Source: Rickettsiales bacterium (GTDB taxonomy: Bacteria; Pseudomonadota; Alphaproteobacteria; Rickettsiales; CANDYO01). Taken from it: a DNA stretch of 64,000 nt. Positions within the stretch are counted from its first letter, which is position 1, and every line of letters starts with the position of its first letter. Both the position numbers and the translations under genes were made by a program. The notes under the pieces are model-generated. The model did not search any database. It saw only the letters and a list, made by a program, of their open reading frames with translations, and was not told where the DNA came from. The stretch spans positions 12,207-76,206 of the forward strand of contig JBASGW010000079.1 in the NCBI GenBank assembly GCA_049653745.1, in the 5' to 3' direction. Shown here one piece after another: positions 40,986 to 50,680 of the stretch.

Positions 40986-42326
40986 TTAACTGTTATCCAA
41001 TGCTTTAGCAACCATGTCTAAGCATTCGTTTACTAAAGCTATGTCTTCTCCTTCAACCATAATTCTAATTAAGTTTTCAGTGCCAGATTTACGAACCAAT
41101 AAACGCCCCTTAGAGCCAAGCTTTAACTCTACAGCTTTAATCACTTCTTGAATATTAGCATCTTCTAAAATTAAAGAGTTTTTTGGAATAATATTTTTAA
41201 TAATTTGCGGCAGGGGAGTAAAAATATCTGCAACTTTACTTAAAGGCTGCTTTTGCTCTTGAATAAGAGCTAACATTTGTAAGGCTGCCACCAAACCATC
41301 TCCTGTGGTAGAATAGTTGGCAACTATAATATGTCCAGATTGCTCACCACCTAGACTTAAATTAAACTCGTTCATTTTAGCTGCAACGTAGCGATCTCCT
41401 ACTTGAGTTCTAATTACATCAATTCCTTGATTATTTAAATATTTTTCAAAGGCTAAATTAGACATCATAGTGGCAACAATTTTATTATCATTTAGCTTAT
41501 TATGCTTCTTTAAATAGCATGCTATTAGAGCTAAAATTTTATCTCCATCAATAATATTACCTTGCTCATCAACCATCTGGATTCTATCAGCATCTCCATC
41601 TAAAGCTATGCCTAGGCAAGCTTTATGTTTGATTACTGCTTCAGATAATGATTCTAAATGATTAGAGCCACAATTTAGATTAATATTAACCCCATTGGGA
41701 CTAACCCCAAGCTCAATAACTTCAGCACCAAGTTCCCAAAATATCTTTCCACCTAGATGGTAAGCGGCACCATTAGCGCAATCAACAACTATCTTAAAAC
41801 CATCTAAAGTCTTTCCTTTAGGAAAACTATTTTTTATAAATTCAATATATCTTCCTGCAGCATCATCAATTCTAGTTGCTTTTCCTATATGCTCAGCTGA
41901 AGCTAATTTAATTAGCTTATTATCTGCCATAATTCCTTCAATTTCTCTTTCCATATTATCTGAAAGTTTATTACCATCAGGTCCAAATAATTTTAATCCA
42001 TTATCATAATATGGATTATGGGAAGCAGAAATCATTATACCTAAATCTGCACGCATTGATTTAACAAGCATAGCTATGGCTGGCGTTGGCATTGGCCCCA
42101 CTAAAAAAACATCCATTCCAGCAGCTAAAAATCCTGCAGTAATTGCTGTTTCAAAAAGATACCCAGATAATCTGGTATCCTTTCCTACAATAACCTTATG
42201 ACGGTAATCACCTCTAGTAAAAAAAGTACCAGCAGCCATACCAATTCTTAATGCTGTGTCGGCAGTCATCACACCTTGATTGGCTTTGCCTCTAATACCA
42301 TCAGTACCAAAATAATTACGAACCAT
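40986..42326 (-). CDS. glmM: Phosphoglucosamine mutase
   Basis: YFGTDGIRG, phosphoserine loop ISASHNP, GIALDGDADR, GGEQSGH. Confidence 0.95.
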   Translation of the reverse strand: MVRNYFGTDGIRGKANQGVMTADTALRIGMAAGTFFTRGDYRHKVIVGKDTRLSGYLFETAITAGFLAAGMDVFLVGPMPTPAIAMLVKSMRADLGIMISASHNPYYDNGLKLFGPDGNKLSDNMEREIEGIMADNKLIKLASAEHIGKATRIDDAAGRYIEFIKNSFPKGKTLDGFKIVVDCANGAAYHLGGKIFWELGAEVIELGVSPNGVNINLNCGSNHLESLSEAVIKHKACLGIALDGDADRIQMVDEQGNIIDGDKILALIACYLKKHNKLNDNKIVATMMSNLAFEKYLNNQGIDVIRTQVGDRYVAAKMNEFNLSLGGEQSGHIIVANYSTTGDGLVAALQMLALIQEQKQPLSKVADIFTPLPQIIKNIIPKNSLILEDANIQEVIKAVELKLGSKGRLLVRKSGTENLIRIMVEGEDIALVNECLDMVAKALDNS

Positions 42327-43832
42327 CTAATAAGCTCTTGCAAATAAAGTTAAAGGAGCATTGGGCTCGCCTGTAAAAATACAAGTTCCTAATTTATTTT
42401 TAGTTTTTAAAGGAACACAACGTGCTGTAACTTTTAATCGTTGCTTTAATTCTTCTTCAGTTTTATCATCACCTATCCAATAAGCAGAAACAAATCCTGG
42501 CTGCTTAGATTCCTTTTTAAAGAGCTTATAAAACTCTTCACTAGAATTAACAGAGATAGTATTTTCTGTTTGAAAATTTTTAGCCTTTTGGAATAAATTA
42601 TTTTGAATTTCTTCTAAAATATTTTTAGCCTTTTCTATAAATTCATTTATATCGACAGAAGATTTATCTGAAGGAGCTAAATCTCTTCTCCCTAAAAAGA
42701 CTGCGTTTTTTGACATTTCTTTTTGCCCTATTTCTAGTCTAATTGGCACACCTTTTTTAATCCATCCCCATATTTTTTCACCAGGAGTTCTTTCTTTTAA
42801 ATCTACTTCAACTCTTATAACTTCTTCATTATAATTCTGCTTTAATAGATTTTCTTTTAGCGCTTGGCAATAATCTAAAATTTCTTTTTCATCTTCTTTT
42901 TTGTGAATTAAAGGAATGATAACAATCTGAATTGGAGCAATTTTAGGAGGCAACACCAAACCATCATCATCACTATGAGTCATAATTAAGCCACCTATTA
43001 ATCTAGTAGAAACTCCCCAAGAAGTTGTCCACACATGCTCTTCTACACCATCTTTAGATAAGAATTTAATATTAAATGCCTTAGCAAAATGCTGCCCTAA
43101 AAAATGTGAAGTTCCAGCTTGCAGAGCCTTTTTATCTTGCATTAGAGCTTCTATAGTGTAAGTAACATCGGCTCCTGGGAATTTTTCATTAGCAGTTTTT
43201 TCACCAAGAATTACCGGCATAGCTAGCCAGTTTTCAGATAAATCTCGATATACTTCTAGCATTTTTTCAGATTCTTCAATTGCCTCTTCTTTAGTTGAAT
43301 GGGCAGTGTGCCCCTCTTGCCATAAAAATTCAGAGGTTCTTAAAAATATTCTTGGGCGCATTTCCCATCGCACAACATTAGCCCATTGATTTCCTAAAAG
43401 AGGTAAATCACGATATGAATTAATCCATCTTGAAAAAGCTTCACCAATAATAGCTTCAGAAGTTGGCCTAATGATTAGGGGCTCTTCTAATTTACCACCA
43501 GGAACCAATCCTTTTTCATCATCTTGCTCTAAACGATGGTGGGTTACAATTGCACATTCTTTAGCAAATCCTTCCACATGTTCAGCTTCTTTAGCCATAA
43601 AACTTAAAGGTACAAACATTGGAAAGTAAAAATTTTGATGACCAGTTGCTTTGATTTGTTTATCTAACTCTTTTTGGATATATTCCCATATTGCATAGCC
43701 CCATGGTTTAATCACCATACAACCACGCACAACCGAATTTTCTGCTAGATCTGCCGCCTTAATAACTTCTTGATACCATTGAGGATAATCTTGCTCTCTG
43801 GTAGGGTTTATTGCTGTTTTTTTACTTGTCAT
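42327..43832 (-). CDS. proS: Prolyl-tRNA synthetase, archaeal/eukaryote-like type
   Basis: 501 aa with N-terminal WYQEVIKAADLAE..VRGCMVIKPWGYAIWE. No bacterial INS editing domain. C-terminal extra domain ends in ...FARAY. Confidence 0.92.
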   Translation of the reverse strand: MTSKKTAINPTREQDYPQWYQEVIKAADLAENSVVRGCMVIKPWGYAIWEYIQKELDKQIKATGHQNFYFPMFVPLSFMAKEAEHVEGFAKECAIVTHHRLEQDDEKGLVPGGKLEEPLIIRPTSEAIIGEAFSRWINSYRDLPLLGNQWANVVRWEMRPRIFLRTSEFLWQEGHTAHSTKEEAIEESEKMLEVYRDLSENWLAMPVILGEKTANEKFPGADVTYTIEALMQDKKALQAGTSHFLGQHFAKAFNIKFLSKDGVEEHVWTTSWGVSTRLIGGLIMTHSDDDGLVLPPKIAPIQIVIIPLIHKKEDEKEILDYCQALKENLLKQNYNEEVIRVEVDLKERTPGEKIWGWIKKGVPIRLEIGQKEMSKNAVFLGRRDLAPSDKSSVDINEFIEKAKNILEEIQNNLFQKAKNFQTENTISVNSSEEFYKLFKKESKQPGFVSAYWIGDDKTEEELKQRLKVTARCVPLKTKNKLGTCIFTGEPNAPLTLFARAY

Positions 43833-43905
43833 ATATTCAAGACCCTCAATTAAAATAACTTGGATGGATTAGCTTCTACATATTATAATTCAACTACAAA
43901 TATCT

Positions 43906-45798
43906 TTAAGCTACTCCGCCTTCTAATCCTTCTCCAAAAGATGTAGATTTAGGGAAAGACGATTTTTTGAATTTTGGTTCTGAAGTTGGCTTATTTCTAC
44001 TAATACCATTACCTTCAAGTAAGCTTTTTATTTCATCTCCAGCTAATGTTTCATATTCAAGCAATGCATTTGCTAAACTATGAAGTTGATCTAGATGCTT
44101 CTCTAAAATTGCCTTAGCATGAGCATAGCCATCCTCAATTAATCTCTTAACTTCACTATCAATTAGATTAGAAGTGTCGCTAGAATTAGCTTTGGTTCTG
44201 CTGTTAGAACCTAAATATTGCTCAGATTGTTCGGAATGATATACAGGACCAATTTTTTCACTCATTCCCCACTCACTCACCATAGCTCTGGCCATTTTTG
44301 TAGCTTGCATAATATCTGAAGAAGCTCCGCTAGTAACCATCTCTGAACCAAAAATCATTTCTTCTGCTACCCTTCCTCCCATTGCCACAGCTAAATCAGC
44401 TTTAAGCTTTGCAAATGTAACTGAAAATTTATCTCTTTCTGGAAGACGCATTACCATACCTAAGGCTCTACCTCTTGGCATAATAGTGGCTTTATGAATT
44501 GGATCAGATTCTGATTGATAAAAACCAACAATAGCATGACCACCTTCGTGATAAGCAGTTAGTTTCTTTTCTTCATCAGACATTTTAAGCGATTTACGCT
44601 CACTACCCATCATTACTTTATCTTTTGCCTCTTCAAACTCAGACATAGTAACAATCTTTTTATTACGACGCGCGGTAAGTAAAGCTGCTTCATTAACTAA
44701 ATTTGCTAAATCTGCACCAGAAAATCCTGGAGTTCCTCTTGCAATAACTTTTAAATCTACATCCGGACCTAATTTCACTTTTTTAGCATGAACCTTTAAT
44801 ACTTGTTCTCTTCCTGCAATATCTGGAACTGAAACAACAATTTGACGATCAAATCTGCCAGGGCGTAAAAGCGCTGGGTCCAAAACATCTGGCCTATTAG
44901 TTGCCGCAATAATAATAACACCTTCATTAGTTTCAAATCCATCCATTTCAACAAGTAATTGATTTAGAGTTTGCTCTCTCTCATCATTCCCACCACCAAG
45001 GCCAATACCACGATTCCTACCAACAGCATCAATTTCATCAATAAAAATAATACATGGAGCAGCTTTCTTTCCTTGTTCAAACATGTCTCTTACTCGGCTA
45101 GCACCCACACCTACAAACATTTCTACAAAATCTGAACCAGAAATTGTAAAAAATGGCACGCCCGCTTCACCAGCAATTGCCTTAGCAAGCAATGTTTTTC
45201 CAGTTCCTGGAGAACCAATTAATAAACAACCAGTAGGGATTTTACCACCTACATCTTGGAATTTTTGAGAGTTTTTAAGAAAATCAACAATTTCAGATAA
45301 TTCTTCTTTAGCTTCATCAATTCCTGCTACATCTTGAAAAGTAACCTTAACATTTTTCTCGGTAAGTAATTTGGCTTTAGATTTTCCAAAACCCATTGCT
45401 TTACCACCTCCTTGCATATTTCGCATGAAGTAAATCCATACGCCCACAAGTAAAAGCAAAGGAAACCAAGAAATTAAAATACCTAGAAATGAATTCATTT
45501 TGCTATCTAATGGAAGAGCTTCTATACGAACATTATTCTGCTTTAATCTTTCAACTAAATCAGGATAGTTAGGCATATAAGTTGCAAATTTATGACCATC
45601 ATTAAAATGACCCTCAACATTATTACCCTGCAACGTTACGTCACGCACGGCTCCTTCATCAATTTTATTTAAAAACTCTGAAAAAGAAACATTCGCATTA
45701 CTAACCCCTAGACTCGCGCCCCCAAACATATCGTAAACTGCTATAAGCAAGAAAATTAAAGCTACCCAAAATAATAAATGACGTCCCATATTAAACAT
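43906..45798 (-). CDS. ftsH: ATP-dependent zinc metalloprotease FtsH
   Basis: [21 protein letters not shown] region PGRFDR, HEGGH zinc site. ATG at 45798 is preferred over 45876. Confidence 0.95.
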   Translation of the reverse strand: MFNMGRHLLFWVALIFLLIAVYDMFGGASLGVSNANVSFSEFLNKIDEGAVRDVTLQGNNVEGHFNDGHKFATYMPNYPDLVERLKQNNVRIEALPLDSKMNSFLGILISWFPLLLLVGVWIYFMRNMQGGGKAMGFGKSKAKLLTEKNVKVTFQDVAGIDEAKEELSEIVDFLKNSQKFQDVGGKIPTGCLLIGSPGTGKTLLAKAIAGEAGVPFFTISGSDFVEMFVGVGASRVRDMFEQGKKAAPCIIFIDEIDAVGRNRGIGLGGGNDEREQTLNQLLVEMDGFETNEGVIIIAATNRPDVLDPALLRPGRFDRQIVVSVPDIAGREQVLKVHAKKVKLGPDVDLKVIARGTPGFSGADLANLVNEAALLTARRNKKIVTMSEFEEAKDKVMMGSERKSLKMSDEEKKLTAYHEGGHAIVGFYQSESDPIHKATIMPRGRALGMVMRLPERDKFSVTFAKLKADLAVAMGGRVAEEMIFGSEMVTSGASSDIMQATKMARAMVSEWGMSEKIGPVYHSEQSEQYLGSNSRTKANSSDTSNLIDSEVKRLIEDGYAHAKAILEKHLDQLHSLANALLEYETLAGDEIKSLLEGNGISRNKPTSEPKFKKSSFPKSTSFGEGLEGGVA

Positions 45799-46056
45799 AA
45801 TATCTACTAAATTACCCCTATCAAAATTGCTATTCACTATATCAATAGATATAAGTAAGATCCAGTAGTTTTTCAAGATATGCTATATGCTTGCTTATAA
45901 CATAACAACATAGGCATCATAAAAAAACGAGATGTTGATATTTTTAAAACACAATATCAAAATATTAGTTAATTATTTAATTAATTATTGACATTTTTAT
46001 TAATAAATGCTAGTTTAGGCCGCAGATATTTTATTAAAATTAGCGCAGAGAAGAAA

Positions 46057-47805
46057 ATGACCATTTACAGAGACTATTTTACCACCAGCAACTTTTTTTC
46101 ATATTTTTCAACTATAGATTTAATCAACAATTCTTTAAAACCATCAAATTATCAAAGAGAAATCAAAACTTACCAATGGCATACTAAATCAATCTATGAG
46201 CAAGAAGGAATTGATTATGATGCGGACCATTCTAGATTCATGAACGACTTCCAAAATAAATTATCACACCTAGATGATTATACAAAAGATGATAAGTCTC
46301 CAAAAATACCAACAATTACCCATCAAATCTATTTTGCTTTCAATGACAACCAAAATCATATTAAGAATTCTTCAGTCACTAAAACTATCAACACTCTATC
46401 AAAATTAAATACTCAGGCAAGCTTTAAGCACTATATTTGGACCAACGACCCCAACATCATACCCGAATCTATTAAAGATATTGAAGGAGTTGAAGTTCAT
46501 TTAATTCAAGAATTAAAAAATACCAGATTATTCTCGGAATTAAATTTATATTTAAATCAAGCATTGATTGGCTTAGATAAAGGCAAACTTTCGATGGCCA
46601 GCGATGTTTTAAGATCTATGGTTATCAGAGAATTCGGAGGCATTTATAGAGATTTTGATTACGAGATTTTTAATGAAGAACTTCTTTATAAATACATGCT
46701 TGCATTTAATTTTATTGGTGGAACTGAATTTGATACTAACTATAGCTTTGTAGGAAGCGCTTTTTTTGCTGCCACTGCCAATCATCACATAATGAATATA
46801 GAAGCAGACATTATAGAGAGAAATATCAATTCACCTGAAACTTCTCCCGAATATACAAGATTTCCTTATTCAAAATTTGAAAAAGCTATATATGTAGCAG
46901 GTCCTGCAGCGGTAACCATAGCATTTTATAAAGGATATGATCAACAAAATAATAACGATCTATTATTACCCCCAAAAGCTCTTTTTAATTTTGAATATGC
47001 TTGGTCACTCACACCAGATTCAAAATGTTATTCTAGATTAGATAAAAATAATCCACCTAAATTAACTCATGAATATAATGGAACATCTTTTAAAACCGTT
47101 GGCGGAGATATGTTTTGTGGTGATTGGCCTGAAACAAAAGGCTATGATGAACCAATAAAATACTTAAGTTATAATAACGATGTAGAAATAGTTGTTGCAA
47201 GATATAACGAAGATCTTGAGTGGCTCAAGGCTTTTAAAAATTACAAAGTAACCGTTTATAATAAAGGTCTAGATAACTTAATATTACCTAATAACTGTCA
47301 AATTATAAATTTAGAAAACATAGGTAGAGAAGCCCATTCTTACCTTTATCATGTTATTACAAATTATGAAACTTTAGCACAAAAAACCATTTTCCTTCAA
47401 GGAGATCCATTTTATCATAAACCTAATTTTGATTACTTAATAAATGGCTCTCCTCATTCCTGCGCCCATATAATTGCTGAATGCAGAGAATATAATTTAG
47501 GATTTGAATCAAATAGAGTAGCTAACGTTCAATGGCAAAATACAAAATGGAACGACACGACTCTTTCTAAACATTCCATGCTCTCTTTCGCTCAAACTAA
47601 CTTCAATCCTGAATTTGATGAAGATAGCTCTATATATTTTCAGTGGGGAGCTCAATTTGCTGTCGATAAAGAAAATATTATTTGTCATGATATTGACTAT
47701 CATAAAAAATTATATGATCACTTCTTAATTAAAAGCCCTATTGAGGGTCATTATATAGAAAATTTGTGGGATGAATGGGCCAACTGTGATAATTTGAATA
47801 TCTAG
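46057..47805 (+). CDS. DXD-motif glycosyltransferase (Gly_transf_sug/OCH1/Lgt/large-clostridial-toxin-like) fused to a DUF3431-like C-terminal domain
   Basis: IPTITHQIYF..., ASDVLRSMVIREFGGIYRDFDYEIF (DXD = DFD). C-terminal VEIVVARYNEDLEWLK...NIGREAHSYLYHVITNYETLAQKTIFLQGDP. ATG at 46057 with a purine-rich RBS is preferred over TTG at 45988. Confidence 0.7.
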   Translation: MTIYRDYFTTSNFFSYFSTIDLINNSLKPSNYQREIKTYQWHTKSIYEQEGIDYDADHSRFMNDFQNKLSHLDDYTKDDKSPKIPTITHQIYFAFNDNQNHIKNSSVTKTINTLSKLNTQASFKHYIWTNDPNIIPESIKDIEGVEVHLIQELKNTRLFSELNLYLNQALIGLDKGKLSMASDVLRSMVIREFGGIYRDFDYEIFNEELLYKYMLAFNFIGGTEFDTNYSFVGSAFFAATANHHIMNIEADIIERNINSPETSPEYTRFPYSKFEKAIYVAGPAAVTIAFYKGYDQQNNNDLLLPPKALFNFEYAWSLTPDSKCYSRLDKNNPPKLTHEYNGTSFKTVGGDMFCGDWPETKGYDEPIKYLSYNNDVEIVVARYNEDLEWLKAFKNYKVTVYNKGLDNLILPNNCQIINLENIGREAHSYLYHVITNYETLAQKTIFLQGDPFYHKPNFDYLINGSPHSCAHIIAECREYNLGFESNRVANVQWQNTKWNDTTLSKHSMLSFAQTNFNPEFDEDSSIYFQWGAQFAVDKENIICHDIDYHKKLYDHFLIKSPIEGHYIENLWDEWANCDNLNI

Positions 47806-47913
47806 CAATTTACTTGAAATAGCCTTGGTAATAAAAATTGAATTAATAGTTGCGGAATTTTATTGAATATATGATACTGATTTAAACATAACATATAATC
47901 ATGCTTAAATTTT

Positions 47914-49500
47914 ATGCTTAATTTAAAATATAAAAATATCTTATTATTATCTTTTGTTATTTTGTTTTCAATGGCACAAGCGCAGGCTAAAGGACAACTC
48001 AACAGCTATCATGTAAAAGAAATTCAGCTTGATGTTATCAACGCCCCAAGAGAAGAAAAAGATATAAAATATATAAAAGAAAAATACTTAGGTAAAAATC
48101 TTAGTCATGTAGAGTTAATGGCTGTAAATGAAGATTTAGTTAAATATTTTTGGCAAGAAGATGGTTATATTGCTTCTCAAATAACCATCAATGAGCAGGA
48201 TTTAAAAACCAGCGGAACTCTTAAAATTATTGTTGAACCTGGAGTGCTAAGAGATGTAGTGCTATTTAATGACACCCCAGATAATAAATTAATTGATGAA
48301 TATATAAATAAAATAATCTCTCAAAAACCAATAACCAATAAACATATTCAAAAATATATTTCATTAATGAATCGTATCCCTGGATATTATGTGGATTATG
48401 AATTTAGAAAAACCGATAATAAATCTACTTTCGATTTAGTGCTAAAAGTAAGTAAACTTAAAGGAGAAATTTATACTAGCATAGATAGCTATGGAAGCAC
48501 AGAAACCGGACAAATGGAAAACTCTGTTTTTGGAAAATTATACTCAAAAGATGGAGGAAGTGATGCTATTTCATTTTCTGGGTTTACTAGCAACTACCCT
48601 GATCGCCTATATGGCATATCTTTGGGTTACATCAAGCCAATTAACAGCTTAGGAACCAATGCTTCCATAACTGCCTCTCACTCTGAAAATAATTCAAGTC
48701 GTTATGATCCTGATCCGGTACCCAACTCAAATGGAATTAATTCTAGTCTTAGAGGGGCTTTAAATCACCTTATATACACTGATGAAAAACAAAACTTAAC
48801 TGCAGAATTTGGAACTAATTATAAATACTCAAAAGACTTTACTCTTGATGTCAATAATTCTAATGAAGATAATACAAAAGATACTTATGTTTCTGCAGAC
48901 CTTAATTTATCATATTCAATAACTGACAAACTAAATGCATATAATAATGCTAGCTTTACCGCTACTCAAGGAGTATCTGGAACCTATAAAAATTATACAG
49001 ACCCAACAGATACAACAGATAAACACTTTAATTGGGTGCAATTAGATCTTACAAGAGATCAACCATTATCACATGATTTTAGTTTATTTTCACGCATTTG
49101 TGGAGCTCACTCTGATTCAGACTTGCCAAGCTCAGAGCAATTTGCTATGGGTGGCAGAGACTTTGGAAGAGGCTATGATTCAGCCCTACTTGTTGGCAAT
49201 AAAATGTTAGCAGGGTCACTCGAGATTAGATACAATAAATATTTTGATGATAATCAATGGCTCCAAAGCTTACAACCATATATCTTTAGAGATACTGGAT
49301 ATATTGGAAAACAAGATAGCGGAACCAATATAACACATTTATCTTCTTATGGAGCCGGGTTAAGAATAAATCTAAATTATGGCATTAATATTGAATCTGA
49401 AGTGGCTCAACCAATGAAGAAGAACTATAATATTGATGACTCACCTTATACTTCAACCACCGTTTACAGCGCTATGATTAGTAAGAGCTTTAGTTTTTAA
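47914..49500 (+). CDS. ShlB/FhaC/HecB-family two-partner-secretion outer-membrane transporter (TpsB)
   Basis: Signal peptide ...FSMAQAQA. POTRA-like N-terminus (VKEIQLDV....YLGKNLS..EL......L.KYF...GYI.SQI......L..SGTLKIIVEPG). FAMGGRDFGRGYD motif and C-terminal SFSF. Confidence 0.85.
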   Translation: MLNLKYKNILLLSFVILFSMAQAQAKGQLNSYHVKEIQLDVINAPREEKDIKYIKEKYLGKNLSHVELMAVNEDLVKYFWQEDGYIASQITINEQDLKTSGTLKIIVEPGVLRDVVLFNDTPDNKLIDEYINKIISQKPITNKHIQKYISLMNRIPGYYVDYEFRKTDNKSTFDLVLKVSKLKGEIYTSIDSYGSTETGQMENSVFGKLYSKDGGSDAISFSGFTSNYPDRLYGISLGYIKPINSLGTNASITASHSENNSSRYDPDPVPNSNGINSSLRGALNHLIYTDEKQNLTAEFGTNYKYSKDFTLDVNNSNEDNTKDTYVSADLNLSYSITDKLNAYNNASFTATQGVSGTYKNYTDPTDTTDKHFNWVQLDLTRDQPLSHDFSLFSRICGAHSDSDLPSSEQFAMGGRDFGRGYDSALLVGNKMLAGSLEIRYNKYFDDNQWLQSLQPYIFRDTGYIGKQDSGTNITHLSSYGAGLRINLNYGINIESEVAQPMKKNYNIDDSPYTSTTVYSAMISKSFSF

Positions 49501-49541
49501 AGCTTTTTACTTAGGTTATGTGAAGTTTTCTATAAGAGTTT

Positions 49542-49579
49542 AAATTTTGCAGGAATAGCGGCACTATTTCGAAAAATTT
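49542..49579. repeat. Imperfect palindrome between the convergent tpsB and GS-like genes
   Basis: AAATTTTGCAGGAATAG-CGGCA-CTATTTCGAAAAATTT read directly. Probable bidirectional terminator. Confidence 0.55.
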
Positions 49580-49637
49580 AGTTTTATTTACACAAAATAA
49601 CTACAAAAATATAATCTTAGAGAAAATTCTATAGAGC

Positions 49638-50486
49638 CTAGGTTATTGATTTTATAATTTGGAATAGACCACTATTATAAAAATCTTGCTGGGCCGTTTC
49701 ATAATCCCTAGTAATATATGGATATTCATATTGCTCTAAAAATGCATTGCCATGAATTTTTTCTGGTGGAGTTAATTTTTCTCTCACCCCTTTTAAAATA
49801 CCATATAATATTGCAATCATCACTTCTAAAGGCTCACTGTTAGCCGCTGCCACCCTATGCTCTAATCTTCTATTTTCTTTTTCTGCTAAAGGAATCCTAA
49901 TTGCTGCACTCCTATTATTTCCTCCCCAACATATTTTACTTGGGGTAGTAATATGATCAACTCTATATCTTAAATAAGATTCTTTGGTTGGCGCAAATAA
50001 AAGCATATTTTCTTTCAAAGTGGAACATAGACCAGCTATTGATTCTAACATCAAGCTAGTTTCTTGATCTGTTTGTTTAATATAGAGATTCTCACCTAAA
50101 TTATTTTCTAGATGCAGATGAATATGCAAGGCACTTCCAGGCTGCTGAGCAAAAGGTTTAGCACTAAAGCTTACTTCTACTTTTTCTATTTTAGCTTTAT
50201 TAATTAGAGATTGTTTCATCTCTTCAATCTTTGTTAGTTGGTCAACAATATTTTGATTATACTCAAGCTTAAATTCAAATTGATTATCCCCTTTTTCTAA
50301 CTCTAAAGGAAAATTCAGCTCTAAATTTGGAGCTTTCCATATTTTATCATGCTGATGAATATCCAGAGGAAGTAAATAAAACTCTAGTTCAATTCCTATA
50401 ACCGGAAATAGATTGAGTTTTTCTAATTGAGATAATAAATATTCCAATATTTTTAGTGAAATTCTTTTTGATAAAATCATCACCAC
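49638..50486 (-). CDS. Glutamine synthetase catalytic-domain-only protein (lacks N-terminal beta-grasp domain)
   Basis: GIELEFYL, KPFAQQPGSALHIHLHL (cf. NGSGxHxHxS), NNRSAAIRIP, RLEHRVAAANSEPLEV. Only 282 aa. Confidence 0.7.
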   Translation of the reverse strand: MVMILSKRISLKILEYLLSQLEKLNLFPVIGIELEFYLLPLDIHQHDKIWKAPNLELNFPLELEKGDNQFEFKLEYNQNIVDQLTKIEEMKQSLINKAKIEKVEVSFSAKPFAQQPGSALHIHLHLENNLGENLYIKQTDQETSLMLESIAGLCSTLKENMLLFAPTKESYLRYRVDHITTPSKICWGGNNRSAAIRIPLAEKENRRLEHRVAAANSEPLEVMIAILYGILKGVREKLTPPEKIHGNAFLEQYEYPYITRDYETAQQDFYNSGLFQIIKSIT

Positions 50487-50680
50487 TCACAATATATCAT
50501 CTCTACAGCACCCATAATATCATTCCTCAAATTAAATATGATATAAGAATTGAGAAATATCACATGGATAACAAGATCAAGCAGAATGAGATTTAACCTA
50601 ATATTATAGGCATATCTTTTATATACTAGGTCTTCTCTTACGATCTCAACTAGCATAAAACCTAGGATCTAAAAATAACT

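Noticed and set aside
46057-46400. Whether the glycosyltransferase N-terminus could be a cryptic TPS secretion domain, making it the TpsA partner of the adjacent TpsB.
   Set aside because: It has no Sec signal peptide and no NPNL/NPNGI-like motifs or beta-helix-type repeats. The region leads directly into the GT-A fold signature.
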